A model generated the notes under the pieces. That model worked only from the letters and a program-made list of their open reading frames with translations. It made no database searches and was not told the origin of the DNA. Below, one piece after another: positions 39,912 to 49,551 of a DNA stretch of 64,000 nucleotides (positions are counted from its first letter, which is position 1; the number at the start of each line of letters is the position of its first letter). Source of the stretch: Planctomycetota bacterium (GTDB lineage: Bacteria > Planctomycetota > UBA8108 > SXIK01); contig CBDCXR010000004.1 of NCBI GenBank assembly GCA_965223845.1, positions 4,576,001 to 4,640,000 of the forward strand, given 5' to 3'. Made by a program: the position numbers and the translations under genes.

Positions 39912-41201
39912 CAACTCGAGTGCGTCGGAGGCTGTCTTCGCGCCGTCTTCCTCGGCGATCTCGCGCGCGACGCGTTCCGCCGACTCGAGGTAGGATTCGT
40001 TCTCGAGGAGGGCGCGCAGCTCCGCCGCGACGCGCCTCGCGCGATACTTCGCTGGCGCGAGAACGCGCACTGCGCCGAGACGTTCCGCGCGAAACGCGTT
40101 GTCGTTCTGGTCGTGGGCGTGCGGCACGATAAGAGCCGGACGCGCGCTCCGGAGCGCCATGCCGGTAGCTCCTATGCCGCCCGCGTGAACGACCGCCGCG
40201 GCGCGAGCGAAGAGGGGAGCGAACGGAGCGTAGGCGATGCAGAAGATTCGCTTCGAGTCGACCGGAAAGAGATTTCGCTCGTCGGGGCCCGCGATCAATA
40301 CAGCGCGACGACCGAGGATCTCCGCGGCCGAGGCGCTTTCGCGAAAAAACCTTCCGGCGACCATCGCCGCCGATGAGCCGAGCGTAAAGACGATCGGCGG
40401 CTCACCGTCCGAGAGGAAACTCTCGAGCTCACGCGGCAAGTCGCCGTCCGGCCCCTCGCCGTACCACGGAAAGCCGGTGAGCTTCGTCTGCGGCGGCCAG
40501 TCGCGCTGTTTCTCGCCGAGAAGCGGCGAAAAGAGCGCAAGGTGAAGCGCCGGTGAAAGGCTGTCGTAGATCGGGCTCTCCGCGCGAACCGGCGGGAGAT
40601 CGATGCTCGCTCGGAGTCGATCCCAAGGTTTGGCCCAACTCCGCGTCGCTCGCTTGGCGGTAGCGACGAAGGGTTTCCAAAACGGCGGACCGAGTCTCCG
40701 CAAGCCCTTCGACAAACCGGGAGCGAGCGGAAGGATCGATGGATCGTACGCAGAGAAAAAACCGAGCGGCTGAAGCGCGGCCGTCACCCACGCGATCCCT
40801 GTTTTCTCTGCGACGAGCCGCGCCGCCCAAGGGACATGCGCGACGAGCAGGTCAGCGTTTTCCGTCGCAGCTAGAGTGTCTTCGTAGGTGGCCCCGACGT
40901 TCGGAAGTAGGATTTCGCGGACGACGCGCACCGTCCCCGTTCGCGGCGCCATGATGCGCTTCATGAGCGCGGGATCCGTCGTCCAGTCCGCGTCGGGCCG
41001 CACGCGACGAAACTCGAGGCCGTGCGCCTCGACTTTCTCTCGGTAGCACTCGGCGGTTCCCACGACCGTTTCGTGACCGCGGGCACGGAGTTCCATCCCG
41101 AGAGCGAGGTACGGATGGAGATCGCCGAACGAGCCGGTCGTCGTCAGAACGATGCGACGCGGAACTCTCCGATTCCCGTCGGGTGCGGCGCGGTCACGCA
41201 T
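39903..41201 (-). CDS. GT1-family glycosyltransferase (RhlB-like)
   Basis: IVLTTTGSFGDLHPYLALG, PIVFTLGS, VVHAGGIG...PHAHDQNDNA; the ATG overlaps the upstream DUF1501 stop (TGATG). Confidence 0.9.
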   Translation of the reverse strand: MRDRAAPDGNRRVPRRIVLTTTGSFGDLHPYLALGMELRARGHETVVGTAECYREKVEAHGLEFRRVRPDADWTTDPALMKRIMAPRTGTVRVVREILLPNVGATYEDTLAATENADLLVAHVPWAARLVAEKTGIAWVTAALQPLGFFSAYDPSILPLAPGLSKGLRRLGPPFWKPFVATAKRATRSWAKPWDRLRASIDLPPVRAESPIYDSLSPALHLALFSPLLGEKQRDWPPQTKLTGFPWYGEGPDGDLPRELESFLSDGEPPIVFTLGSSAAMVAGRFFRESASAAEILGRRAVLIAGPDERNLFPVDSKRIFCIAYAPFAPLFARAAAVVHAGGIGATGMALRSARPALIVPHAHDQNDNAFRAERLGAVRVLAPAKYRARRVAAELRALLENESYLESAERVAREIAEEDGAKTASDALELLL

Positions 41202-42532
41202 CAAAACAAACCGAGGACGGGCTTCCCCTCGACGACTCGATGCGGCCGTCCGTTCATGTCGTGGACCACGGTCTCTGATGACATTCCGAGCGCGTGGTAG
41301 ATCGTCGCGACGAAGTCCGTGACGTAGACGGGGTCGTCGACCGGTTCCGCGCCATCCCGATCCGACGATCCCCACACCTGGCCGCCGCGCACCCCACCCC
41401 CAGCGAGGACCGTGCTGTAGACGTTTCCCCAGTGGTCGCGGCCCGCCTTCTTATTGATCTTCGGCGTCCGCCCGAACTCTCCCGTCCACGCAACGAGAGT
41501 TTCGTCGAGCAATCCGCGGTCGTCGAGATCTTCGAGGAGAGCGGAGAAGGCGCGGTCGAGGGTCGGAAGCAGTAGGTCCTTCATGACGGTGAAGTGCTTC
41601 TCGTGCGTGTCGAAGTTCTTCGTCGAGTGTAGGAACGTCCACGGCACGGTGACGAGTCCCACTCCGGCTTCGATGAGCCTCCTCGCGACGAGACAACTTC
41701 GGCCGAATTTGTTGTCGCCGTAGCGCTCGACCGTCGTGGCGTTCTCATCGTCGATGGCGAACGCGCTCCACGCATTCGACCGAGCCGAGAGGATCTCGAG
41801 CGCTTGACGTCTGAACCGCTGCGAATCGCGCACCGCATCGCCCGGTGGATCGATCGCTCGAGACTCGAGCGCCCGGAGAAGACGCGCTCGGTCGCGGCGC
41901 CGCTCGGCTCCGATCTCGGGCGACGGCTCGAACGAAGGGAGCAAGGTGCCCGGCGTCCAGGTCTCGTCGATCAGCATGAGCGGATCGTACTTCGGACCGA
42001 GATACCCCGCATGCTGGCCCGCCCACTGAAAGTTGTTCTGGTCACCGATCCGCACTGGGAGCTGGACCGCACCCGGGAGATCACCGCGGTCGCCGAGGAC
42101 CTGCCGGATCACCGAGCCGACCGACGGGGGATCCTTCCGGGACGCCTGCGGCTCACCGCGGGGGCGCGGTGCGTGCTTCAGCCCCGTGAGGTTGTAGTGA
42201 ACGCCGACGCCGTGGAGGGAGCTCTCGTGATGGACCGAACGAAGGATCGCGTAGCGATGCGCCGAGCGGGCGAGACGCGGAAGATGCTCGCAGATGCGAA
42301 TGCCGGGGACGGACGTCTCGATCGCCGCGAACTCGCCCCGCGCACCATCCGAAGCCTCCGGCTTCGGATCGAACGTCTCCTGCTGCGCCGGCCCGCCCGT
42401 CCCGTAGAGCAGGATGCAGCTCTTCGCACGGCCACCACCCGCGGCCGGGGCAGCTCGACTCTGCAGGACGCCCGGAAGATGGAGGCCGAGGGCACCGATC
42501 GTGCCGACTTGGAGAAACGTGCGGCGACGCAT
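41201..42532 (-). CDS. DUF1501 domain protein
   Basis: MRRRTFLQVG Tat leader, AKSCILL..GGPAQQETFDPKP, FDTH, GEFGRTPKIN..AGRDHW. Confidence 0.93.
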   Translation of the reverse strand: MRRRTFLQVGTIGALGLHLPGVLQSRAAPAAGGGRAKSCILLYGTGGPAQQETFDPKPEASDGARGEFAAIETSVPGIRICEHLPRLARSAHRYAILRSVHHESSLHGVGVHYNLTGLKHAPRPRGEPQASRKDPPSVGSVIRQVLGDRGDLPGAVQLPVRIGDQNNFQWAGQHAGYLGPKYDPLMLIDETWTPGTLLPSFEPSPEIGAERRRDRARLLRALESRAIDPPGDAVRDSQRFRRQALEILSARSNAWSAFAIDDENATTVERYGDNKFGRSCLVARRLIEAGVGLVTVPWTFLHSTKNFDTHEKHFTVMKDLLLPTLDRAFSALLEDLDDRGLLDETLVAWTGEFGRTPKINKKAGRDHWGNVYSTVLAGGGVRGGQVWGSSDRDGAEPVDDPVYVTDFVATIYHALGMSSETVVHDMNGRPHRVVEGKPVLGLF

Positions 42533-42706
42533 GGACGGCTCCGTCGAACGGCAGTTGACTCGCTCGCCATCCTTCCTAGCGCTTCCGTGCGGCGCAAGAG
42601 GAATCCTTTTCGGAGCCGGAGGGAGATCGGTATGCGTTCGACTGTTCTCGAACGTCCTCAAACGCGATAGGCTTGCGAGAGGCCTTCGAGCCGATCCGCG
42701 ACCGCG

Positions 42707-42722
42707 TGGAACATGGTTTGCA
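42707..42722 (+). promoter_or_regulatory. sigma54 (-24/-12) promoter TGGAACATGGTTTGCA
   Basis: Exact GG-N10-GC spacing with TTGCA at -12; 14 bp before the M50-CBS start. Confidence 0.7.
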
Positions 42723-42736
42723 CCGGATGATCTCGC

Positions 42737-43888
42737 ATGTTTCGTCACGCGATTCGTCTTCCCTTTCGCCTCCTCGGGATTCCGATCCGTCTCGATCTAT
42801 CGCTCGTCATCATCCTTCCGCTTCTCGCTTGGAGCATCGGCAGCAATCTCGAGCTCTACGCAAAGACGTTTAAGCTCGACATCCCGCTAGAGCCACTTCA
42901 GCGAGGCAGCGTCCCCTTTTATATCGGGCTGGGGGGCGCGGTCGGGCTCTTTGTCAGCGTCCTCATCCACGAGCTCGGGCACTCGGCAGTCGGTCGCTTC
43001 TACGGCCTCGAGATCAAGAGCATCACCCTCTGGCTTCTCGGCGGTGTCGCCGAGTTCAAGCAGATGCCGCGGCACGGAGGAATCGAAGCGATCATCGCGA
43101 TCGCTGGTCCGCTCACGAGCTACGCGCTCGGCGGAGTGTGCTGGGGTCTCCTCGCCACGACGCCGCCCGATGCGCCTGCGATGCAGTTCATCTTCACCTA
43201 CCTCATGTGGATGAACGTCGTCCTCGCCACGTTCAACCTGCTCCCCGCGCTGCCGCTCGACGGGGGGCGCGTACTCCGGTCGCTACTCGCTCTCCGGACG
43301 AGTTACCTGCGCGCCACCCTCTCGGCCGCGGCGATCAGCAAAGGCATCGCGTTCGCGCTCGGCCTCTTCGGATTTCTCTCGGGGAACCTCTTTCTCGTCC
43401 TCATCGCGTTCTTCGTCTACATGGCGGGCGCCGCCGAGGCGCAGATGGCGACAGCGGCGAGTCTTCTCCAAGGGATCCGGGTGCGAGACCTCATGACGAC
43501 AGAAGTCAAGACGATCGCCGCAAACACCACGGTTGCGGACCTCATCGAGCAGATGCTTTCCGACGGCCCGCTCGCGTACCCGGTCGTCGGAAACGCCGGA
43601 GACGTTCAGGGAATTGTCTCGCTGCGTGATCTTCAGAGAGATCGCGAACTCGCTGCGACGGACGGAGCGACTCCCGTCACGGCGATCATGAGGACGGAAT
43701 ACGAGTCGATCGCGCCGGACGCCGACGCCATGGATGCGTTCCGCCAGATCGCGCAGAACGAGATCGGAAGAATCCTCGTCGAGGACGAGCGCGGTGGTCT
43801 CGCGGGGATCATCAGCAAGACGGACCTCGTACGCGCCGTGCAGGTCCGGCTCGTCGGGCAGACGCTCGGTGGGTACGGGGGCTACTGA
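42737..43888 (+). CDS. Site-2 protease (M50) with CBS pair
   Basis: SVLIHELGH, AIAGP, FNLLPALPLDGGR; two C-terminal CBS domains. Confidence 0.94.
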   Translation: MFRHAIRLPFRLLGIPIRLDLSLVIILPLLAWSIGSNLELYAKTFKLDIPLEPLQRGSVPFYIGLGGAVGLFVSVLIHELGHSAVGRFYGLEIKSITLWLLGGVAEFKQMPRHGGIEAIIAIAGPLTSYALGGVCWGLLATTPPDAPAMQFIFTYLMWMNVVLATFNLLPALPLDGGRVLRSLLALRTSYLRATLSAAAISKGIAFALGLFGFLSGNLFLVLIAFFVYMAGAAEAQMATAASLLQGIRVRDLMTTEVKTIAANTTVADLIEQMLSDGPLAYPVVGNAGDVQGIVSLRDLQRDRELAATDGATPVTAIMRTEYESIAPDADAMDAFRQIAQNEIGRILVEDERGGLAGIISKTDLVRAVQVRLVGQTLGGYGGY

Positions 43889-46335
43889 GCGACCGCGCCG
43901 GAGTTTCGAGGTCGGCGTCGTAACCTCTTCTCCACTTCGAGTACGCGGAGCGTCGTTTTCAGCACGGTGTCGGGGTTGAGACTCATCGAGTCGATCGCCT
44001 GCTCGACGAGGAACTCGGCGATCTCCGGGTAGTCGGACGGCGCCTGCCCGCAGATCCCGCAGTGGCGACCACTTCGCCGGGCGCCTTCGATCGCTTGGCG
44101 AATGAGCGCGAGCACGCCCGGATCGCGCTCGTCGAAGTCGAACGCAACTTGCTCGGAATCGCGATCGACGCCGAGAGTGAGCTGCGTGAGGTCGTTCGAT
44201 CCGATCGAGAAACCGTCGAAGATCTCGGCGAACGCGTCGACCTGGACGACATTGTTGGGGATCTCGCACATCACATAGACTTCGAGACCGTTTTCTCCCC
44301 GGCGGAGACCGTTTCGGGCGAGCTCCTCGAGTACCTTCTTACCTTCGTCGACCCGCCGGCAGAAGGGAACCATGAGCTTCACGTTCCTGAGCCCCATGTC
44401 GTCGCGGACGCGGCGGAGCGCCGCGCATTCGAGCGCGAAGCCTTCGGAATACGCCGGGTGTGCGTACCGTGACGCGCCGCGGAATCCGATCATAGGGTTG
44501 CTTTCGACCGGCTCGAAAGCGCTTCCGCCGAGAAGCCCGGCGTACTCGTTCGTTTTGAAGTCGGAAAGGCGCACGACAACTGGACGCGGGTAGAACGCGG
44601 CCGCGATCATGCCGACGCCCTCGGACAACTTCTCGACGAAAAACTCGGCCGGCGTAGTGTAGAGCCGAGTCAGCTCCTCGACCGCTTCGCGTTCAGCGGG
44701 GTCGAGGACGCGCTCGGGATGGACGAGCGCCATCGGATGCGCGCGGATCGATTCCGAGATGATGAACTCGACGCGAGCGAGCCCGACGCCGTCCGAAGGG
44801 AGGCGACTCGTACTGAAGGCGAGCGCGGGATTCCCGAGATTGACGAGGATTTCCGTCGCGGGTCGCTCGAGACCCGCGAGGTCGATCTGCTCGACGTCGA
44901 ACGGCACTTCACCCGAATAGACCTTACCGACGTCGCCTTCCGCACACGAAACGGTCACTATGTCGCCGGGGCGCATGCGCTCGGTCGCGTCCTCGGCACC
45001 GACGACCGCGGGGATGCCGAGCTCGCGCGCAACGATCGCGGCGTGACACGTACGCCCCCCGCGGTTCGTCACGATCGCCGCCGCGCGCTGGAGGACCGGC
45101 TCCCAGTCGGGAGTCGTCGCGTCTGCGACGAGAACGTCCCCCGTCTCGAACTGATGGAGATTCTGCGCGTTCGCGATGGCTCGCACGGGTCCGGTCGCGA
45201 CTTTCTCGCCGACGGCGCGGCCCGTCACGATGACGGGAGCCGAACCGCGTACGACGTACTCTTCGAGAACCGCCGCGTCTCGCTGCGACACGACCGTCTC
45301 GGGACGGGCCTGGACGAGGTAGAGTTTTCCGTCGATGCCGTCCTTCGCCCACTCCATGTCCATCGGTTGATCGCGGTCCGCTTTCTCCGAGTAGTGCTCC
45401 TCGACGCGAATCGCGTAGTCCGCGAGCGCGAGAACCTCGTCGTCGCGAATCGAGTACTGTTCGCGCTCGTACCGAGATGTCGGCACGTTTCGGGTCGGCT
45501 CGCGTGTGCGTCCGTGCGAGTAGATCATTTTGATCTTCTTCTCGCCGAGGACACGGCGAAGGACGCAGCGGTAACCCTCGCGGAACGTCGGCTTGTGGAC
45601 GTAGAACTCATCGGGGTCGACGCTTCCCTGAACGACGTTCTCGCCGAGACCGTACGCGCTCGTGATCAACACCGCGTCCCGGTAGCCCGATTCGGTGTCG
45701 ATCGAGAACATGACGCCGCTCGATGCAAGATCCGAGCGAACCATGCGCTGGACTCCGATCGAGAGCGCGACGTCGAAGTGGTCGAAGCCCTGATCGATGC
45801 GGTAGTGAATCGCGCGATCGGTGAAGAGGCTCGCGAAACATCGGCGGCACGCGTCGAGGAGCGCGGTGTCGCCGCGCACGTTGAGGTAGGTGTCCTGTTG
45901 GCCGGCGAAGCTCGCGCTCGGAAGATCTTCCGCGGTTGCCGAGCTCCGCACGGCCACGCTGAGGTCGGAGCCGTAGGTCTCCTCCAGTCGATGGTACGCG
46001 CGGAGAATGTCCCGGCGGATTTCTTCGGGGAGCTCCACGGCGAGAACGATCTCTCGCGCGGCCCTCCCGCGTTCGGCGAGATCCTGGACGTCGCTCGGGT
46101 CGAGGCCTGCGAGCGCATCACGGAGGCGCGGAAGCGCGCGCGCTCGCTCGAGGGCGCATCGGTACGCCTCCGCCGTCACCGCGAACCCGTCCGGGACGAG
46201 AACGCCGCGGGGAGTGAGCTCGCGGTACATCTCGCCGAGCGAAGCGTTCTTCCCGCCCACCAGCGAGACGTCGTCGATCGTGAGCTCTTCGAAGCGGCGG
46301 GTGAACATCCTTCCGGTCGCACTCGATCCAGGCAT
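43882..46335 (-). CDS. ppsA: Phosphoenolpyruvate synthase
   Basis: VGGKNASLGEM, AVRSSATAEDLP.ASFAGQQ, phospho-His GGRTCHAAIVARELG, GFSIGSNDLTQL, GICGQAPSD. Confidence 0.97.
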   Translation of the reverse strand: MPGSSATGRMFTRRFEELTIDDVSLVGGKNASLGEMYRELTPRGVLVPDGFAVTAEAYRCALERARALPRLRDALAGLDPSDVQDLAERGRAAREIVLAVELPEEIRRDILRAYHRLEETYGSDLSVAVRSSATAEDLPSASFAGQQDTYLNVRGDTALLDACRRCFASLFTDRAIHYRIDQGFDHFDVALSIGVQRMVRSDLASSGVMFSIDTESGYRDAVLITSAYGLGENVVQGSVDPDEFYVHKPTFREGYRCVLRRVLGEKKIKMIYSHGRTREPTRNVPTSRYEREQYSIRDDEVLALADYAIRVEEHYSEKADRDQPMDMEWAKDGIDGKLYLVQARPETVVSQRDAAVLEEYVVRGSAPVIVTGRAVGEKVATGPVRAIANAQNLHQFETGDVLVADATTPDWEPVLQRAAAIVTNRGGRTCHAAIVARELGIPAVVGAEDATERMRPGDIVTVSCAEGDVGKVYSGEVPFDVEQIDLAGLERPATEILVNLGNPALAFSTSRLPSDGVGLARVEFIISESIRAHPMALVHPERVLDPAEREAVEELTRLYTTPAEFFVEKLSEGVGMIAAAFYPRPVVVRLSDFKTNEYAGLLGGSAFEPVESNPMIGFRGASRYAHPAYSEGFALECAALRRVRDDMGLRNVKLMVPFCRRVDEGKKVLEELARNGLRRGENGLEVYVMCEIPNNVVQVDAFAEIFDGFSIGSNDLTQLTLGVDRDSEQVAFDFDERDPGVLALIRQAIEGARRSGRHCGICGQAPSDYPEIAEFLVEQAIDSMSLNPDTVLKTTLRVLEVEKRLRRRPRNSGAVAQ

Positions 46336-46347
46336 CGATCGAAACCG

Positions 46348-46809
46348 TTACGGATACGGATAGTAGAGGTCGTCGTGTCGCTTGATCTTGTAGCGATCTT
46401 GGAGGAATGCGACGACGTCGATGAGCTGCTGGACGGTCATCGCCTGATTGAAGTTCGGCATCTTCGATTTGCCGTCCTCCGAGACTTTCTCCTTCGGCTC
46501 GCCCCTCTTGAGAGTGTGCGAAGGATTGATGACGGCCGTCACAAGCTCACCGTAGGTTTTGATTCGGCTCACTTCGCCACCGAGAGAAACCTTGGATTCA
46601 ACACTTCCGTCGACGGCGGGAAGCTCGCGACCGAACACCGTGTGGCAACTGTGACAGTTGAGGGCGACGAATGTCGCCTCTCCCGTCGAGACGTCACCGT
46701 CGGGAAGTCGAAATCCTCGCGCCGACTTTTTCCCGCTGCACCCGGAAGCGAATGCGAACGTGATCGTCACTCCCGCGCAGAGGACGAAGAAAACGCGTGC
46801 GAACTTCAT
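46348..46809 (-). CDS. Monoheme c-type cytochrome (probable lipoprotein)
   Basis: FASGC lipobox-like motif, CHSCH, YGELVTAVINPSH, distal Met in SKMPNFN. Confidence 0.87.
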   Translation of the reverse strand: MKFARVFFVLCAGVTITFAFASGCSGKKSARGFRLPDGDVSTGEATFVALNCHSCHTVFGRELPAVDGSVESKVSLGGEVSRIKTYGELVTAVINPSHTLKRGEPKEKVSEDGKSKMPNFNQAMTVQQLIDVVAFLQDRYKIKRHDDLYYPYP

Positions 46810-47315
46810 GAGACCAGCTCCTTCTCAGGCTCGATCGCGACCGATTCGCAGGTGCACTCCCGTTCGGGGCACCGACAGATCGCGACGAGCGTGTCCGAAA
46901 CTTCCTCGGCGGAAACGCTCGGCCTCCGCGCCCCCCGATCGTGATCTGCTCGGAGAACGAGATCGCGAAGCGAGAGAATTCCGACGAGGTGGCCATCGCG
47001 GCTCGTGACGGGAAGGCGGCGAACTTGCGCCTCCTTCATCGTCTGTTCGGCGTCTTGAAGACTCTCCTCGGGGTGGCAACACGAGAGCTGCGTCGCCATG
47101 ACTGACCAGACGGGGATTTCGTCGAGACGCTTCCCTTGGGTGTACGCCGCCATACAGATATCGCGATCGGTGAGCATGCCGACGAGCTCCGTCCCGTCCC
47201 GGCAGACCGGTACGCACCCACAGTCGCGCTCCCACAGAATCTGGGCGGCACAGTTGAGTGAATCCTCCGGGTGACATGAGGAGACATCGCGCGTCATAAG
47301 TTCGGAAACTTGCAT
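46806..47315 (-). CDS. CBS domain protein
   Basis: MQVSELMTRDV...DCGCVPV...GMLTDRDI...QVRRLPV...GILSLRDL; GGAGG RBS; ATGA overlap with the cytochrome. Confidence 0.92.
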   Translation of the reverse strand: MQVSELMTRDVSSCHPEDSLNCAAQILWERDCGCVPVCRDGTELVGMLTDRDICMAAYTQGKRLDEIPVWSVMATQLSCCHPEESLQDAEQTMKEAQVRRLPVTSRDGHLVGILSLRDLVLRADHDRGARRPSVSAEEVSDTLVAICRCPERECTCESVAIEPEKELVS

Positions 47316-47374
47316 CGGTCCTCCCTCCATGTGTATCGCAGCGCCCCACGCGGCTGCGGCGGGAGAAACGAGAG

Positions 47375-47390
47375 AGCAAAGGGTGTTCCA
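47375..47390 (-). promoter_or_regulatory. sigma54 promoter TGGAACACCCTTTGCT
   Basis: GG-N10-GC with TTGCT, about 60 bp upstream of the CBS-cytochrome-ppsA operon. Confidence 0.75.
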
Positions 47391-47495
47391 TCGACGCCTG
47401 TCCGCGGTGATCGACGAATCGAACCGCGAGGATCTCATTCACTGCGTCTCGCGACGACGCGAAGAGCCACGAAAAATCCCCCTGCACTCGAGGAA

Positions 47496-48104
47496 TTACC
47501 CGATGGGCGGCCCAGAACGGAGCCCGGAACGCGGCACAAATCGCGGTACCCGGCTCGCGTACTCCCGGTACGCGTCCCCGAAACGAGCACGAAGCTCGCG
47601 CTCTTCGAGCTTCGCGATGACGAAAACGGCGGGGACGCTCAGCGCGAAGGCTACGTAGGCTGCGGCGTAGTTGCTGAAAAGAGAGAACGCGAGGACCACG
47701 ACGATGAGCTGCACGTATCGCGGGTGGCGGATTCGCGAATAGATGCCGGTCGTGACGAGCTCCGACGGGTTCGCTCGCTGCTCGAGCTCGGTCGAGCCGA
47801 CGAGCGTCCGGAGGGGTATCTCGCGCGCGATCGCGCGACGAAGCAGCACGGAGACGATCAGAAGGAGCGCCGAGACGACGATCAAGACCGGGTTCGCGCC
47901 GAACTCGAGCGCGAGAAACACGTCCCGGGCGAAGTACACGATCGCCCCGACCGTCGCGACGAATGCGAGGTGAACGGCCAGCGCCAGCGAGCGGTTCACT
48001 CTCCGCCAAAAGACGATCCCGCCGTGCATCGAGAGCCAGTACACGAAAACCGCGGGGACGGCCGCGACGACGACGTAAGCGATCCAGAATCTTGCGGTGT
48101 CCAA
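47496..48104 (-). CDS. Isoprenylcysteine carboxylmethyltransferase/PEMT family membrane protein
   Basis: ELVTTGIYSRIRHPRY...EERELRARFGDAYREYASRVPRFVP. Confidence 0.9.
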   Translation of the reverse strand: MDTARFWIAYVVVAAVPAVFVYWLSMHGGIVFWRRVNRSLALAVHLAFVATVGAIVYFARDVFLALEFGANPVLIVVSALLLIVSVLLRRAIAREIPLRTLVGSTELEQRANPSELVTTGIYSRIRHPRYVQLIVVVLAFSLFSNYAAAYVAFALSVPAVFVIAKLEERELRARFGDAYREYASRVPRFVPRSGLRSGPPIG

Positions 48105-48107
48105 GCT

Positions 48108-49333
48108 CAGCTCCGTAGAAGCAGCGTCATTACCGTCGATTCCCGAGGAGAATTTCGGCTTGCGAATCGCGTTCTCCCGACAGAGCTCTGGTCAGACGTC
48201 TGTTCCGCGTCGATGCGTCGTCGGGAATCGATCCCGACCCAGCGGAGCGAGACGGCGTTCCGGTCCGCGTCGAGTGCGCACCTCGTTCCCGCGGACAGAG
48301 TCGACGATGCTCTTCGCCGGGACTTGCGACCGGCCACGCCCCGCCTCATCCTACTCATGCCCGGCTTGTCGCTTCGAACCCCGATGCTGCCTTGCTTCTA
48401 CCTTAGGGGGTCGTGGTGCAGCCTCGGCGTATTCTTCCGGACGCGACGTATCTCATCACTCGGCGCTGCAGTGAACGGCGGTTTCTCCTTCGCCCCGAAG
48501 AGAAAGTGAACCGTGCCGTGCTCTACTGCCTCGCGTACGCGGCGGCAGAAACGGGTGTGGAGGTGCACGCGTTCGCGACTTTGTCGAATCACTACCATTT
48601 GGTGGTTACCGATCCGGCGGGGCGGATCCCGCGCTTTCTGCACCGACTCAATTCCCTCCTCGCGCGCTGCGTGAACTCTATGCGAGCGCGATTCGGCAGC
48701 CTGTTCGAGCCTTCGGGGCCGAGCTGCGTGCGGGCGATCGAGTCGGGGGACGTGGTCGGGCAGCTCGTCTACACCTACTGCAACCCGGTGTCGTCGGGGC
48801 TCGTTCCCGATGCCAAGGAGTGGCCGGGCGTGCGGAGCGACCCGAGCGACTTCGGGTCGACGCTCTACGCGGAGAGGCCCGAGTGGTTCTTTTCGGAGTT
48901 CATGCCGGACGAGGTTCCGCTCGAGATCACGCCGCCCCCTTGCTTTGCCGAGCGCGATCTCGGGGAGTTGATCGCGGACCTCGAGGCGCAAGTCGCCGAG
49001 CGCAATGCGAAGTGCAAAGCGGAGATCGAGAGTTCGGGAACAGGATTCCTCGGGATGCGGCGGGCGCGAAATCAGAGCCCCACCGACTCACCCCAGAGCT
49101 ACGAGAAGAAATGGAAGCTATCGCCAACCGTCCAGGCGAAGCGGCCTGCCGCGCGGATCAAAGAGATCCGAGAGCTCGTCACCTTTCGAAAACGCTATCG
49201 CGTGGCACTCGAGCAGTATCGCGACGGAGTGAACGACGTTCCCTTTCCGGCCGGAACCTACTGGATGCGGGTCTTTCACCGCCAGAAGTGTGAGCCGCTG
49301 ATCTCTGGAGCGGTACCGGCAGCTCCGTAGAAG
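48108..49333. repeat. 14-bp exact direct repeat CAGCTCCGTAGAAG at 48108-48121 and 49320-49333, bracketing the transposase
   Basis: Both copies read directly from the sequence. Confidence 0.7.
48413..49330 (+). mobile_element. IS200-like/REP-associated tyrosine (Y1 HUH) transposase
   Basis: YLITRRC, HUH motif SNHYHLV, catalytic YTYCNPV..GLV...W; lies antisense within a minus-strand gene cluster. Confidence 0.88.
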
Positions 49334-49551
49334 GCTCGGGCGAGTTCGCTCCGGTCTCGAACGCACCAAGACCGGGTGCTTTGGCGGGGAACGAATGTCT
49401 GCCGGCCGACGGTCTGAATTGAGAATTGGTGCGCGGCGTGAGCCTTCTGTTGATTCGGCGGACGGCGGACGGGATCCCTGTCCCCCGGCCGTCGCGAAAC
49501 GCCCCAATACAATCTTTTATGATTACTCTTTTCTGGATGAACCCCGTTAGT

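Noticed and set aside
44719-46944. 741-aa plus-strand ORF, and similar long ORFs at 21551-23041, 26420-28030, 30370-31956 and 7553-8746
   Set aside because: Antisense shadows of well-supported genes in high-GC DNA; no recognisable motifs.
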